64,000 nucleotides of DNA from Takakia lepidozioides. Its lineage: Eukaryota; Plantae; Bryophyta. The notes beneath the pieces are model-generated. The model had not been told where the DNA came from and made no database searches. It worked only from the letters and a program-made list of their open reading frames with translations. The stretch spans positions 32,922,001 through 32,986,000 of the forward strand of contig CM060734.1 of the NCBI GenBank assembly GCA_030704615.1, written 5' to 3'. Below are positions 13,786 through 25,429 of this stretch, in pieces (position 1 is the stretch's first letter; each line of letters begins with the position of its first letter). The position numbers and the translations under genes are program-made.

Positions 13786-14660
13786 ATGGCGTGTGCTGCC
13801 GTGAAGGTGCTAGACGAGGAACGCAAAACAGCATTGGAATCAAATGGTTTGAAAGACGAGGCGGAAGAACTCTGTCATTTGCAGCATTTGGTATCTCATT
13901 TGAAATGCATCCTACAGCTGCCCATAGACGGGCTTTTCAATCACACAAACCTCCGTTGGATACACTAGGTTTCCCAGGGAAAAGGGAAGCGGATATCCAT
14001 CGAAGTAGCTGTCGTTCCATGGTCTCACATTCCCGATTTTCTGGAAGGAGAAAGGAGTAGAGTGGATAGAAAGACCCAATTTTATGTTCAAGATCGAAGG
14101 TACCGTGAGTTGCCAGATCTGACGACACCGCGTGCAAACAGTTATCGTCAGTGGCATAAGTAAGTCACTTACGAGGGTTGTATAACATTCCCAGCCCCAC
14201 TTTCTTCTGCTGGCCTAGCAAAGTCATAGATGGCGATAACCCTCATCGCTTTGTATGCTTTCTTTGTAGGTACCACTGCTGCTATGGCCCGGTAGATAGG
14301 CGCACGGACCCGCCGAATGTGAAGAAGAAAGAAAAACCGATAGCAGCCTCCGATAATCAAAAACCAGTCAAGCGAATCAGACGTAAGGCAGCGGATTTCT
14401 GAGAGTCATACAAACGTGGGTGTACGTGTAGCTTCAAAGTTGGCCAGTGTTTTCTAGATCCTGAGTTGGCGATCATCAAATACTTCCAGAAACAGCATGT
14501 GGATTCAAAAGGAAAGCCATGTCATGGTTCAGCTGACCCCTCTTCACATTTCACGCGATTCGTGCATGCCCCTCGTCTCAGCCAAGATATGAAACAGTGG
14601 ATCGTCGATAGTCTTCGCAGTGGTCTATCTCCAGCTATAATTATGACACAACACATTCAA
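13786..14660 (+). pseudogene. 5' part of a MULE transposase of the plant SWIM-finger (At1g60560/At4g13970-like) type, truncated
   Basis: Translated segments LRWIH..VPWSHIPDFLEGE, YHCCYGPVD, KRGCTCSF..AIIKY..QHVDSKGKPCHG and HAPRLSQDMKQWIVDSLRSG match that family's N-terminal motifs from memory. Contains stops and frameshifts; cut off by a hAT fragment. Confidence 0.7.
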
Positions 14661-14663
14661 ATG

Positions 14664-16850
14664 GAGCAGGTGATCATTGACCCTCAATGGGATGTGTATG
14701 TGGGCATCTTACGTGACAGTCCAAGTCTTTGAGCAAAAGTTGGAGGGTCCGCGCAATCATTCGCTCCGACGTGCAAATTTTGTGTACATGGTGGAGCCGA
14801 TGTTGATTGCTTTGCGGGAGTTTGATGGAAAACAACCAATAATGGGTAAAGCATGGTTGATATTGGAAAACCTTGAGAAGCACGTGCAATCCTTGAGGCA
14901 TCCTCCATTTTCTATGGACGATGATTTGGCGGCAAGGACCGATGATGCATTTCACGACCGCAAATGGATGGTTCGCACGGACTTGCATTATGCGGGGCCC
15001 TTGCTGAATCCATTCTTGCTGGACAATACGGATTTGAGAGACGATGTGGATGCCAAAGCCGGGTTTGTACGGGTCATTATGCAACTCGCGCCCTTGAACA
15101 TGGCAGAGCGAGCTTTGTCCGAGTACCAATGCTTCTCGGATTGCCAGAATCCTTTCCATGACATGCCGGATCCAAAAGCAATGAACATGTTGCCACATGA
15201 ATGGTGGGATCTGATTGGAGCTGGAGCAAGAATGTTAGCTCCCATTGCAAAGCGTATTCTTGCTCAAGTGTGCTCTGCCTCGTCTTGTGAGCGGAACTGG
15301 AGCAGTTACTCGTTTGTTCACAACAAGATTCGCAACAGGTTGAATCCTGCCAGGGCTGACAAATTGGTTTATGTCTACACGAATTGTAGGCTACTGCGAG
15401 AGAGGACATCAAGTGACGCATCTGCATGGTACGAGAAGAATTTGTTGTCTGAAGAAGTTGCCTCAGAGGTCCAATCTAGCAGCAAAACCAACGCCGCGAG
15501 GGACTCCGACTCCAACGGTTGGATGGGTCCGATGATGTGGGCAATACTCCACATGACCCATATGAATTTAATGATGATGATGCTGCAATGCATCCATCCT
15601 TCGATGACCTTGTTGTTGATGAACTGCGACATGGCGTCATCCCAATTGCGGACCCCCTTCCCCCAGTGGAGCACACTCTCAACAATGAAGTTGAGGTCAA
15701 CTATCCCTCACCACGAGTTCCACGGACTGCGGGAGATGTGCAAGTCGAATCGTCGCATGATGACAACCGGCCGTTGTCATTCCTTCACCGACATCGTGCC
15801 CCTGTGAACCGTGCTTCATCTCACGCCGCTCCATCTCATGTTTCTCTTTCTCAAGCTGGTCCATCCCATGCTTGTCCATCTAGTCTCTCTCCCCCTCATG
15901 TAATTCCTTCCATCGCTACTCCGACCCTGGGAGATGCTTCTTCTACTTCGGGACTTTTGCAAGTCGAACCATCGGATGACGACGACCGGCCATTGTCGTT
16001 TCATCTGGCCCGACGACGTCCGCCTGTGAACCGTGCTCCCTCGACCCTCGTTGGTCCATCTCATGCCCCATCCTCTCATGTAGCCTTCCTCATACGAGAC
16101 CTGCTCCAAGGCCACCACGAAATCCGGGACAAGCCCAGAAACGGCAGAGAATTGTGCAACCTTTTGGTGGTGACCGACCTGTGAACAGACCTGATACCCT
16201 ATATGGTATTCATGATAGGAGTGGAAATCGACCAGAGAGACAATTGAATGTACTCCGAGGACGACTATAGGTCCAACGGCCAGTTGCCTCTGGAAACGAA
16301 AGAACAGATGTAGATCATGATTCTAGCACTTATCATGGGAACGGGGGTGAAGTGAGTGGGGACGAAGATTTTGTACTAGGCGTGAGATCATACCATCGTC
16401 GTCGTGCCAGACGGAACTAGGTACAGCTATAACTTCTGTCACATGATGTGTAGTATGTTTCCATGGATATCCATGTTTCAGTTTGGGTACATGCATACGT
16501 GTACGGAAATAAAAATGGTGGAATATGTGTACCCAAGAAAGGATTTGGTGGTTGTGCGTGTGTTTGTGTTCGTCATTACCTTTACATTGTTGATTTCCTA
16601 TTATGGTTTCAAAAGCTACAAAGGCTAGGTGCAGCTCCCAACATTCATCTTCCCCTTCACAAATCCATGGGGAGTCGATATATGTGCTTTTCATCTGCCT
16701 CTCCAAACATACATACAGGTGCAAGGGGACCAGCCTCGTGGTGGTCGCACCTATTTTTTTTTTCAAATTGTGCGACCACCAGTAGCGGTCGTCGCAACTG
16801 TTAAAATAAAAGAAAAATGTTGCGACCACCCCCCTGCTGGTAGTCGCACC
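14664..16850 (+). mobile_element. hAT (DUF659-type) element 3' half: transposase C-terminus plus 3' subterminal palindromes
   Basis: ORF 14677-15807 has EWWDLIG..LAPIAKRILAQVCSASSCERNWSSY..KIRNRL..ADKLVYVYTN (hAT dimerisation domain). It closely matches the reverse complement of ~46090-47377. TGCGACCACC/GGTGGTCGCA repeats at 16735-16850. Confidence 0.9.
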
Positions 16851-16872
16851 TATTTACTGATTTAATAAGTAG

Positions 16873-18260
16873 TGGAATGTGGGCTCTCTGGCTACCAGTA
16901 TACAAAGCCTGCTTCACCTCTTCTCCAACACCTCACAACCACACATCTTCCTCCTACAAGAAACTAAGTTACACACCACCAACACCAGCAGCTCTTATAT
17001 TAATAAACTACTACCGGACTATCATCTACTATATGGCAACCCCTACACAGCACCCCAATGCCTTCTGCGCCGATCCACCCCATACGAGCCCACCAGGGGA
17101 GGCGTAGCACTAGGGATCCTCCGCTCCCACCACTCTCCCAACACTACCACCAAAATAACCATCCCCATCCCCATCCGCTCACATCTCCAAATAGTGTAGC
17201 TACACCCGCCAGCCTTATGCCCCATTACCCTTGTCACCTATATATGCCCTCTCATACTGATGATCTTTCCCTTATACCAGACATCCTACACACCATCTCT
17301 AGCACAGTCACTCATCCTGATTATCAGCAACACCATGTCATACTCGCCGGCGACTTCAACAGAGATATTGCTATGTTAGGTTACTCATACAACGGAACCC
17401 ACAAGGCCCCCTCCCCGGCAGACCACGAATGGGCTGCATTCACCCACCTCCTGAAACTTAAATACAGCCGACTACCACTACTCTCGACAAGGTGGCCTCC
17501 ACTACTCCTCTTTAAGCCTACTTGATGGCTTCTATCTCATAACCTGTAATGATATCCCAACTTACCTCCAGACCCATATCCATATCAATAGCCTCTGCAA
17601 CTCGGATTACTACCCGGTCCTATCTCCCTCCCCCCCTCCCTTGTCCTATTCAGGCCCATCCTGGACATACATACCCCACCCCCTCAACCCAGAATTCTAT
17701 CCCCTATCCCCCACAGTAACATCAAAGCGTTCCAACATCATTTCCACTCAGCCTCCTCCATTTTCATACACAAAATTACCCCTGCACTTCCTGATACCAA
17801 CATACGCCTATCCCATGAGGATGCTTGGGCTCAAGTCGAGGGCATACTCACCTCTACATTACTGGCACTGACCACAAGTGTTCTTGCCACATGCTCTGCC
17901 CCCCCAGACCTTCTCCAAACCACTCGCTCAAAGCAAAACGGTGGATACCTCACCAGAACACAAAAACAGGAATGGACTACCCACCTTAATAACTATCACA
18001 CCATCCGCCGAGCTCTAGCTATCATACCCCCCGTCTCATCCCACCCACAGAACAACTGGAGATCCGATCGTCGCATTACCAACTTAAGTACCTTGAGTGT
18101 GTGCCACTCACTTATGCCCTCGCCATGTGATCCTGCCTCTCTCCCCCAGTGGATCGCCTCCCTATCCAAACTGGGCCGAGACGCCAAAAAAACAGCCTAT
18201 ACCATCACTTAGCACAAAGCCACTGCCAATCACAAAAAATTTGTCGCTTCTTTTAGCAAA
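16873..18260 (+). mobile_element. LINE (L1-like) APE-endonuclease fragment, degenerate
   Basis: Motifs WNVG, IFLLQETK, GGVA, LYMP, VILAGDFN and SDY/H-like appear across frameshifted ORFs; C/A-rich composition. Confidence 0.85.
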
Positions 18261-18269
18261 TTAGTACAT

Positions 18270-18706
18270 TTGTGGGCGTTTTGCACTACACATAAGGTAA
18301 CCACTCGACACACCCCCTTTTCATTGGTCTACGGGGTGGAGTCCATTATGCCCATCGAAATAGAGATTCCCTCATTGCGACTAGCCATCACCGAGAGATT
18401 GGCAACATCCGAGTCCCTGAAAGAACGACTCGAGATGTTGGAGGGGTTAGACGAGCTTCGGCAAGTAGCAGCTCAACACATTGAGGCCGTCTAGCAAAGG
18501 AGGAAGGCTCGGTTTGACCTGAAGCGCAAAAAGAGGATTTTTGATCTATGAGATCTGGTATTATTGTTCGACAGTCGGAACGAGGAATTCAAAGCCAAGT
18601 TCGACTCATACTGCATGGGGCCCTATCTTGTCAAGACAGTCTTTGACAATGGCTCATTACAATTGGAGACATTGAGGGGAGTGGAGTTCCCCAATCTAGT
18701 GAACGG
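18270..18706 (+). mobile_element. Ty3/gypsy integrase C-terminal fragment
   Basis: LWAFCTTHKVTTRHTPFSLVYGVESIMPIEIEIPSLR, then GPYLVKTVFDNGSLQLETL (GPY/F motif). Confidence 0.85.
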
Positions 18707-19609
18707 TGTCACTACTACATGTGAGTTCCTTTAACCAATGAGAGTTCCCCCCATTAAGGGAAAGGTGCTAAGGGAGATCTTAGTGGCCTTTGCCCTGTCG
18801 AGAGAGATCTTTAGGATTTCTACCCGGTTTTTCGGAAGGAAATGTTGGTACTTCCTATCCATGACTCATTGGATGTTGGAGCTCCATAACAGGTGGAGTG
18901 CGGGGAAACTAAGTTGCAATCATCCAATGAAACTTCTCCACTGGGGAGAAGTCAATAGGACTCTTACCCATTAGGTTGTTATACACCCTTTATTGGAGTT
19001 CCAAGGTAGATCTTGGGATGCGGGGCAACGTCGTTGCAGTAAGAGGTGATTTGTTCTCCACTTATGTTTTGGGTAGTTATTGGAATTCACAAGGAAAGAC
19101 CTTGGGATGCGGGGCACATAGATTGCAGTAATCTAACCCACATTATAGAATTAGAAATTTGTTAATATGGCATAAGCTATGAAAGCTATGACCATCCAAT
19201 TGCCAATGTAGAAGACTTCATACATCTGCATTACTAATCACGTGTTGTGAGTTTCTCTATTTTTCTTCTTCACCAAGTGAAGAACTACAGGTGCAGGAAT
19301 GAGAACAATGGGATGGCTAATATATGCACTCTTGTTCAATGCACACTGTCGATCATTACTTCTTTTTTTATCACAGAATATATCTGTGTTTGCTCAACAC
19401 ATATCTCGAGAAAAAGTATGTGTTTGCTGCATCAAACACTCTGTAGTATACTGATGCTTCCTGCATGGAGCACAGCGACTTCCCGCACGGGGATTCTAAC
19501 CTTAAACCTTTTTTCATTTTCACCTTGCCCCGCTGCAACATTCCTCGAAGAGAGAGAAAAGTCAGAAACAGTGAGGGGATAAAAGGTGAGTTGTAGAGCA
19601 GTGGTTGCT

Positions 19610-20460
19610 GCCCTAGTTGCAAATTTGGACGTGACGTGGCATTGACGCGTCAGCGTCACGTCCGACGTCAGCGACGGATGTGCGTCACGTCACGTCCTAA
19701 ACTGACGTTACTGTACAGAAATATGTTTATTTTTTTATTTTACTATTGACTATTTACTATGAAAACCGACGTGACAACTGATGTGGCATCATTACATGGA
19801 CTTCATTAATTATCTGTAAAATTCATATATTATGATTTATATTGTCAATCATGCGACCGTTAGCAAAGGTTAGTCGGACAATTTTTATTTATTTTTAAAT
19901 AGACGACCACCAGAAGGGGGTGGTCGCATATTCTTTCTTATTTTTTAAATAGGTGCGACCACCAGCAGGTGGTGGTCGCACCATTTTTATTTTTTTTAAT
20001 AGGTGCGACCACAAGCAGAGGGTGGTCACACATTTTTTCTTTTTTTTAAATTGGGTGCGACCACCAGCAGGTGGTGGTCGCAACTTTTTCATTTTTTTTA
20101 AATAGGTACGACCACCAGCAGGGGCTGGTCGCACATTTTTAATTATTTTTTAAATGGGTGCGACCACCAGCCGGTGGTGGTCGCAGACTTTTTCTTTTTT
20201 GTTATTAGGTGCAACCGCTTATGGGGGGTCGCAAATTTTCGTTTTGTTTTTAAAAAGGTGCGACCACCAGCAGGGGGGGGGTCGCAACATTTTTTTTGTT
20301 TTGTTATTAGTTGCGACCACCCATAGGTGCGACCACTCCCTGGACACGTGGCGAGGCGTGAATGGGCAGCAGAGGCGGTCGCGCCAGGCCTCTCCAGGCA
20401 GTATATAAGGGCCTACCCCTCATTCCCAACCCGCGTTCCATGCTCTAGGCTCGTGGATAC
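19610..20460 (+). mobile_element. 5' end of a hAT-family element (TGACGT-rich terminus, palindromic subterminal array, TATA)
   Basis: Same order of parts as the reverse complement of 48840-49683: ACGT-rich tip, about 10 TGCGACCACC-N6-8-GGTGGTCGCA units at ~19900-20340, then TATATAAGG at ~20402. Confidence 0.7.
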
Positions 20461-20629
20461 TTAGAAAACATATGGTGTGGCGGGAGACAAAAAAAAAGCC
20501 CAAAAGGAGGCCAAGTCCCAACCCTCTGTTCAAGGCTACCCTAATGGGCAACCCTATATTTTGAATTTTGCACTTTGATCATTGATGTATGAACTTACCC
20601 AATGGATGAATATATTCGTGTATGTGCCT

Positions 20630-20950
20630 TCAAAATGACACGTGTAGTGATGCAGTCATATAACTAGAGCTGCGAAACCATATTCAGTCATGAAGTCATA
20701 CGATTCTAGGAAAATTCATCCACGTGTAGTCCTCCATATGACGCGAGTCATATAAGCCATCCCTGTCATCGTGGTCAACAATGTTTGACCAATGCTCCCT
20801 ACCTTTCCGGAGTCATGTAGTGATATCCATTACTACAGAGTGATAAAACTATGACTGCAATGCATTTCAGCGTTCTGTAGTCGTGTACCTAGTGCCGTTT
20901 TTATGACTCCGCAAACGCCGTAGTCCTAAAAACGCTCATCTCTTGTAGTG
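20630..20950 (-). mobile_element. CACTA terminus with AGTCAT/ATGACT subterminal repeats
   Basis: The reverse complement of the end reads CACTACAAGAGATGAGCGTTTTTAGGACT, nearly identical to the terminus at 53438. Confidence 0.8.
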
Positions 20951-23110
20951 ACGACTAGTGGCAGTGGAGTGTCATCCATGGCAGTGTTACACTCACAGAC
21001 ATTTGCCATGTGGGTTGGCTGTGGGGTGTCACCCCTACTAGTGTAACCCATGTCAATGTCACTCTCAACGGAAGTTGCAGTGTTCACGGGCAATGGTGTG
21101 TCACCCACGGCAATGTCCCTCACGGCAGTGTCAGCCACACCGGTATCCGCAGTGTCACCCTGAGGTGCAATGTAACCCTCCTTCCCTGTTGCTCCTCTCT
21201 GCGCAATGTCACCCTTGGTTTTAGGGCCTCCTCCCCTTGCAGTGTCACCCTCCGCATCAATGTGACCCACGAAGGCTTGGTGACTGTCTGTCTGTTCAAT
21301 CCCCCAGATAATGTCAACCTCAATACTGACCACCTCCTCCAATGTGACATGTTGTGGCGCGAAATGACTTGGATCTTCGGTCTGCATCGTTCGAACAGTG
21401 TCATTCTGAGAGAGGTTGACCACATGATCCTCACAAATACTTACATTGATGCATGGAGGGTTCAATTCAGCATCTCCACATTCAAAGTCATACACAGACT
21501 TTGGGTCAAGTGGGTCCCCGGTTCCGCGGCTAAGACCGAGGAAATGAATGAGTGGAGCTGGTTCTGTGGTTCTTTGATTAAGACCTCCAAAAGAAATGAC
21601 TGGGGTTGCGGACAAAGAGGTTCGCACTTGGGGTGTTCCACCTTGATGTATCATCTTCAGTATCAGTATCAGAATTCACAGGCAAATCCCGCGGCAAGTC
21701 TGCTAGGTTCACCCCTAAGTGCAGCTAGGTTGAGTACAATTCACCAACATGCGACAAAGATACAACGGCAGATTGACTTGGAATGATGTCCTCGTCATGT
21801 ACATCATCGCTTTGTGGGGCGGAAATTGAATGAAGACGAGGTTCAACATCTCCTCATCTTCCATTTCCACAGCCTGTAACACAGAGGGCCATCACTCGTC
21901 TGCGCGCCCCCTGTATCGCATTGTGGAGGGGCCCCATACACAACTTTGTGAAGCTCACGTTGAGCCTCAAAAAGGTTTTTGAACGCATTGGCGATTTGAT
22001 TGGTCATGAGCTCGGACTCATCTGCATCGGGGAAAAGACAAAGGTTTTTAGTCGTGGAACAAGGTTTTTGAAAGAGCAAGGGTTACACTATGTAAGGGTT
22101 ACACTGACTAGGACAAGACAGTGGTTCGGGTTACACGATGTGGGTTACACCACCCTATTAGAGACAGTAGTTTGCAATGGGTTACACTACCTGGGTTACA
22201 CTAGTGAGATTACACAACGAGAGGGTAACACATCCAGGGTAACACAGTGAGGGGTAACATTAGGGGTACACTGATTACAAGGTTACACACAACGAGGGTT
22301 ACACGACAAGAGGGGTGACAGTGGATGGAGTAACACTTACGGAGATACCAAGGCACTACAGACCCAAGGTCTCTCATATACTGGATGCCCAAACGCGCAT
22401 TGAAGTCCATTTCTGTTGGTGATTCGCTGAAGAGGCCACAACACCAAAGCTGGAAAGTGATGGGCGGCTTGCCTTGCAAAACTGTATAGCTCCGTTGATC
22501 TTAACTGACCTGTCACCCCACTCTTCTGTACTCAAACTCAATCTTAAGTCCTCGAGCTCAAAATCCAAGGTCGCGATTTCGTCACTAGGTTGTGCAAAGT
22601 ATATCAGACTAAAGCCGTAATACTCATTGACCAGGTCCTTCACCTTTGATCTTACATCGTTGTGGGCCAGAATTCTCAAAAGGAGTGGTGACGGTCCAAT
22701 GTGCGGTTTGGTGAGATTCTTCATTTAGCTGATCAATCCTTCCGCAAAACCGCGAGTGAATTCCAACGGATCTGGAACAACCAAACCTTCGATTCCATCT
22801 ACAGTAATAGTGATGACAAGAGGATTTGAAGTTCTGGCATCGTCAAGGTCGATATTGCCAACAGCTGGTTCGTCCATCGTATCATCATCATGTGAGGCTT
22901 GGCTCTCTCGATGGACTCGTGTAAGTCTCTCACCTTTTTTCTTTTTCTGCTTTGGCATGCAGGATGCCCAATGCTCTTCAAATACTCCTTCATCCGATTC
23001 AATTCCTCTATCATTAACGGACCATGATCCGGCTGGGCTGTAAACGCCTTGTGGGCAGCAACAACATTGTCCATATCATCGCTTCTAAGATGATGTCGAG
23101 CTCCCTGCGC
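20951..23110 (-). pseudogene. Antisense accessory gene of the Foldback element, unknown function, degraded
   Basis: Collinear minus-strand ORF pieces (22799-23167, 22725-22958, 22374-22724, 21843-22079, 20926-21654) with protein-like composition, separated by stops, frameshifts and GGGTTACA-rich spacers. Confidence 0.45.
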
Positions 23111-23399
23111 AATACAACGTGAGGGGTTACACCAGAGAAAAGGGTTACAACACAAGGGGTTATACATGAAAAAATGTTACAAGGAAGGTAGGCTACACGA
23201 CAGATGGATTTATGTATAAGGGTGTACAAGGCAAGTGGGTTACACGGCACATAGATTGAAACAAGGGTTACACAGAGGTGGGTTACACACCATAGGGATT
23301 TTAAAAAGGGATTCACTATAGGTGGGTTACACTCTGGGTTACACGCCACATGAGAGACAGGGGGGGTAACACAAAGGGTTACACGGATAGATAATAGCC

Positions 23400-24248
23400 C
23401 GAAATTTGAAAAACAGAGAAACGGCAGGGAATCCAATTGCAACTTGATTGTCCGTCGATAGAACCCAACTTGACTTTGCAGTTGTCGCATGGACTGCGCC
23501 CTCGCCTCGCGCAACAAATTCTTGGAATGCCGGCCAAAACCCCTTCTCATTGACATTCGGAAATGGGAACTGAGGAATAAGGCCATGCGGTAGCAGAAGG
23601 ATTGAGCCTGCAGTTCACTTTCGTAAGATGAACCTTGAGCTCCGGTTTCCCCGGTTTCCAATGTTGATTTTCTTTGCAATAGGGACAGGTAAAGGCGGGC
23701 TCAATCGCCGCTTGTCTCTCTCAGTAGGAACTTGCTGAACAGAAGGACCAGGGACAGAAACAGCAGGAGCAGCAGAAGATGGAACCTTTGTAGCAGAAGT
23801 AGTCGAAGAAGGTACAACAGCAGGCACTTCAATAGGATCTGCAATCTCACCCAAAGCCACCATATTTTGCAGAATCCATGCATGATATGCATCAACAGAA
23901 GAAGCTGGAACAGAATTCACCACATTTTCAACAGCCATGGCATGCTTGAGCTCCGCATCAAGAAACGGTTTTGTTCCTTTCGGTCTGGCCATACATGCGG
24001 CCGTTCCATCGACAGTATGCCGATTCAATCTGCTCTTATCTACCTTTACTTTCCCATAGTAAAGACATTTGAACTTAGGCCGGCCCTTTGCTCCCTCCAC
24101 CTTGGCCTCTCTACACTTGGTGTGGCAGTACACGATCATTGTAGCATGCTCATGCTCAGTGTACCAGAAGCGAACTCGTTCGCCATCCCTCTTCAAGTGA
24201 TCAAATGGAACAGTAGCCTCTCCAGGGAACAGATAGCAATCAGCCATG
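23400..24248 (-). pseudogene. Second antisense accessory ORF (MADCYLFPGEATVPF...), unknown function
   Basis: About 210 codons from an ATG preceded by a CT-rich leader. Cys/His-containing N-terminal domain and a Pro/Ser linker. Appears to continue past a stop at ~23615. Confidence 0.5.
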
Positions 24249-25429
24249 GAAAAAGAAAAAGCTGACAGAAGAGAAGAGAAGAGCAGCAGGGAGTGCATGA
24301 AGAATAGGAAAGGGCTGCGAGAAGGGAAAAACTGAACAATGATCAAAGAACGAAGAATGAAGCTAGCTAGATGTCACCCGTAAGGCATGTCGGTTAAGCG
24401 AAAGACGGCGGTTCATCAAAATCCGGCGGCTTGCAATCAATTACATCCGCACTGACTTGCAATCCCGGTGTCACTCGGAATAGCGGGGTGTAACCCGTAA
24501 CCCTAAACCTGTGAGCGCGACAAACCGGCCGTTACCCGCATGCGAGACACGTCGAGTGTAACCCTCCGTCATGTACCCATATATGATGTAACCCTTCATC
24601 ACAACCTCATGTACTCCTAGTCTATGTGACTCCCGAACACAACATCCATGTAACATATCAAACCATTAGTATGCAACCTCCAGGTAAACATGGTCAATGT
24701 AACGCCCCACCCATGTAACCCTAGCCTATGTGGCTCCGTGAGCGCAACACCCATGTAACCCATCAAACATGTAAACTCCATCTAAACCTCCATTACTAAA
24801 CCGTCTACCAAGCCACCATGTATTGAGAAAGAAAACACCGTGTAACCCCCTGTGTGTAACCATAGCACACGTGACGTAGTCATATAAACCATTAGACATG
24901 TAACCGGCTGACAGTGCTTGCAGAACACGTAGGATTCGATACGTATTGCATCCAGAATAGCGATGAGTAGGCTGCCCCGGCTAGTGTGTGAACAAAAGAT
25001 ACACGAGAGGAGAATGAATGGGCACCCCGTCAAATGAGCGGCTGCTTGCATGGCTAGACTGAAAGAAACAAAACCCTTTCCTAATGCAGATCTCAGAAAT
25101 ACCATAGCCATCGGGGACGGTGACAAAACAACAAGAATGACATTGTGAAAGAAAAAGGATAGAGCCAACCGTATCAATCGTAGAGAAAACCGTAGTAATA
25201 GATTTGCCGGATAGCTGCGCAGAAAGCGTTGTCTTGTATGTTGCTGGGAGGACGATACTGAACTGAATGAACTATAATCTGTCGCATTGTGAAGCCGATT
25301 GGGCGCCACGGGAATTGCAGAAAGCTAATGCCCCAAAGCAAAAAAACGAGCGAGCTAGGAACCTGAAAAACGGATGGAGAGAGCAAATTAGGGTTTCGGC
25401 CTCCATTTCAACCTCCATTCGGCCGTCAG

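Noticed and set aside
18710-20950. A complete CACTA element from CACTAC (18710) to GTAGTG (20950)
   Set aside because: The termini differ beyond the first bases and the flanking trinucleotides (TGT vs ACG) do not form a TSD.
21010-21786. 258-aa plus-strand ORF
   Set aside because: Antisense shadow of the minus-strand accessory ORF, with no recognisable motifs.
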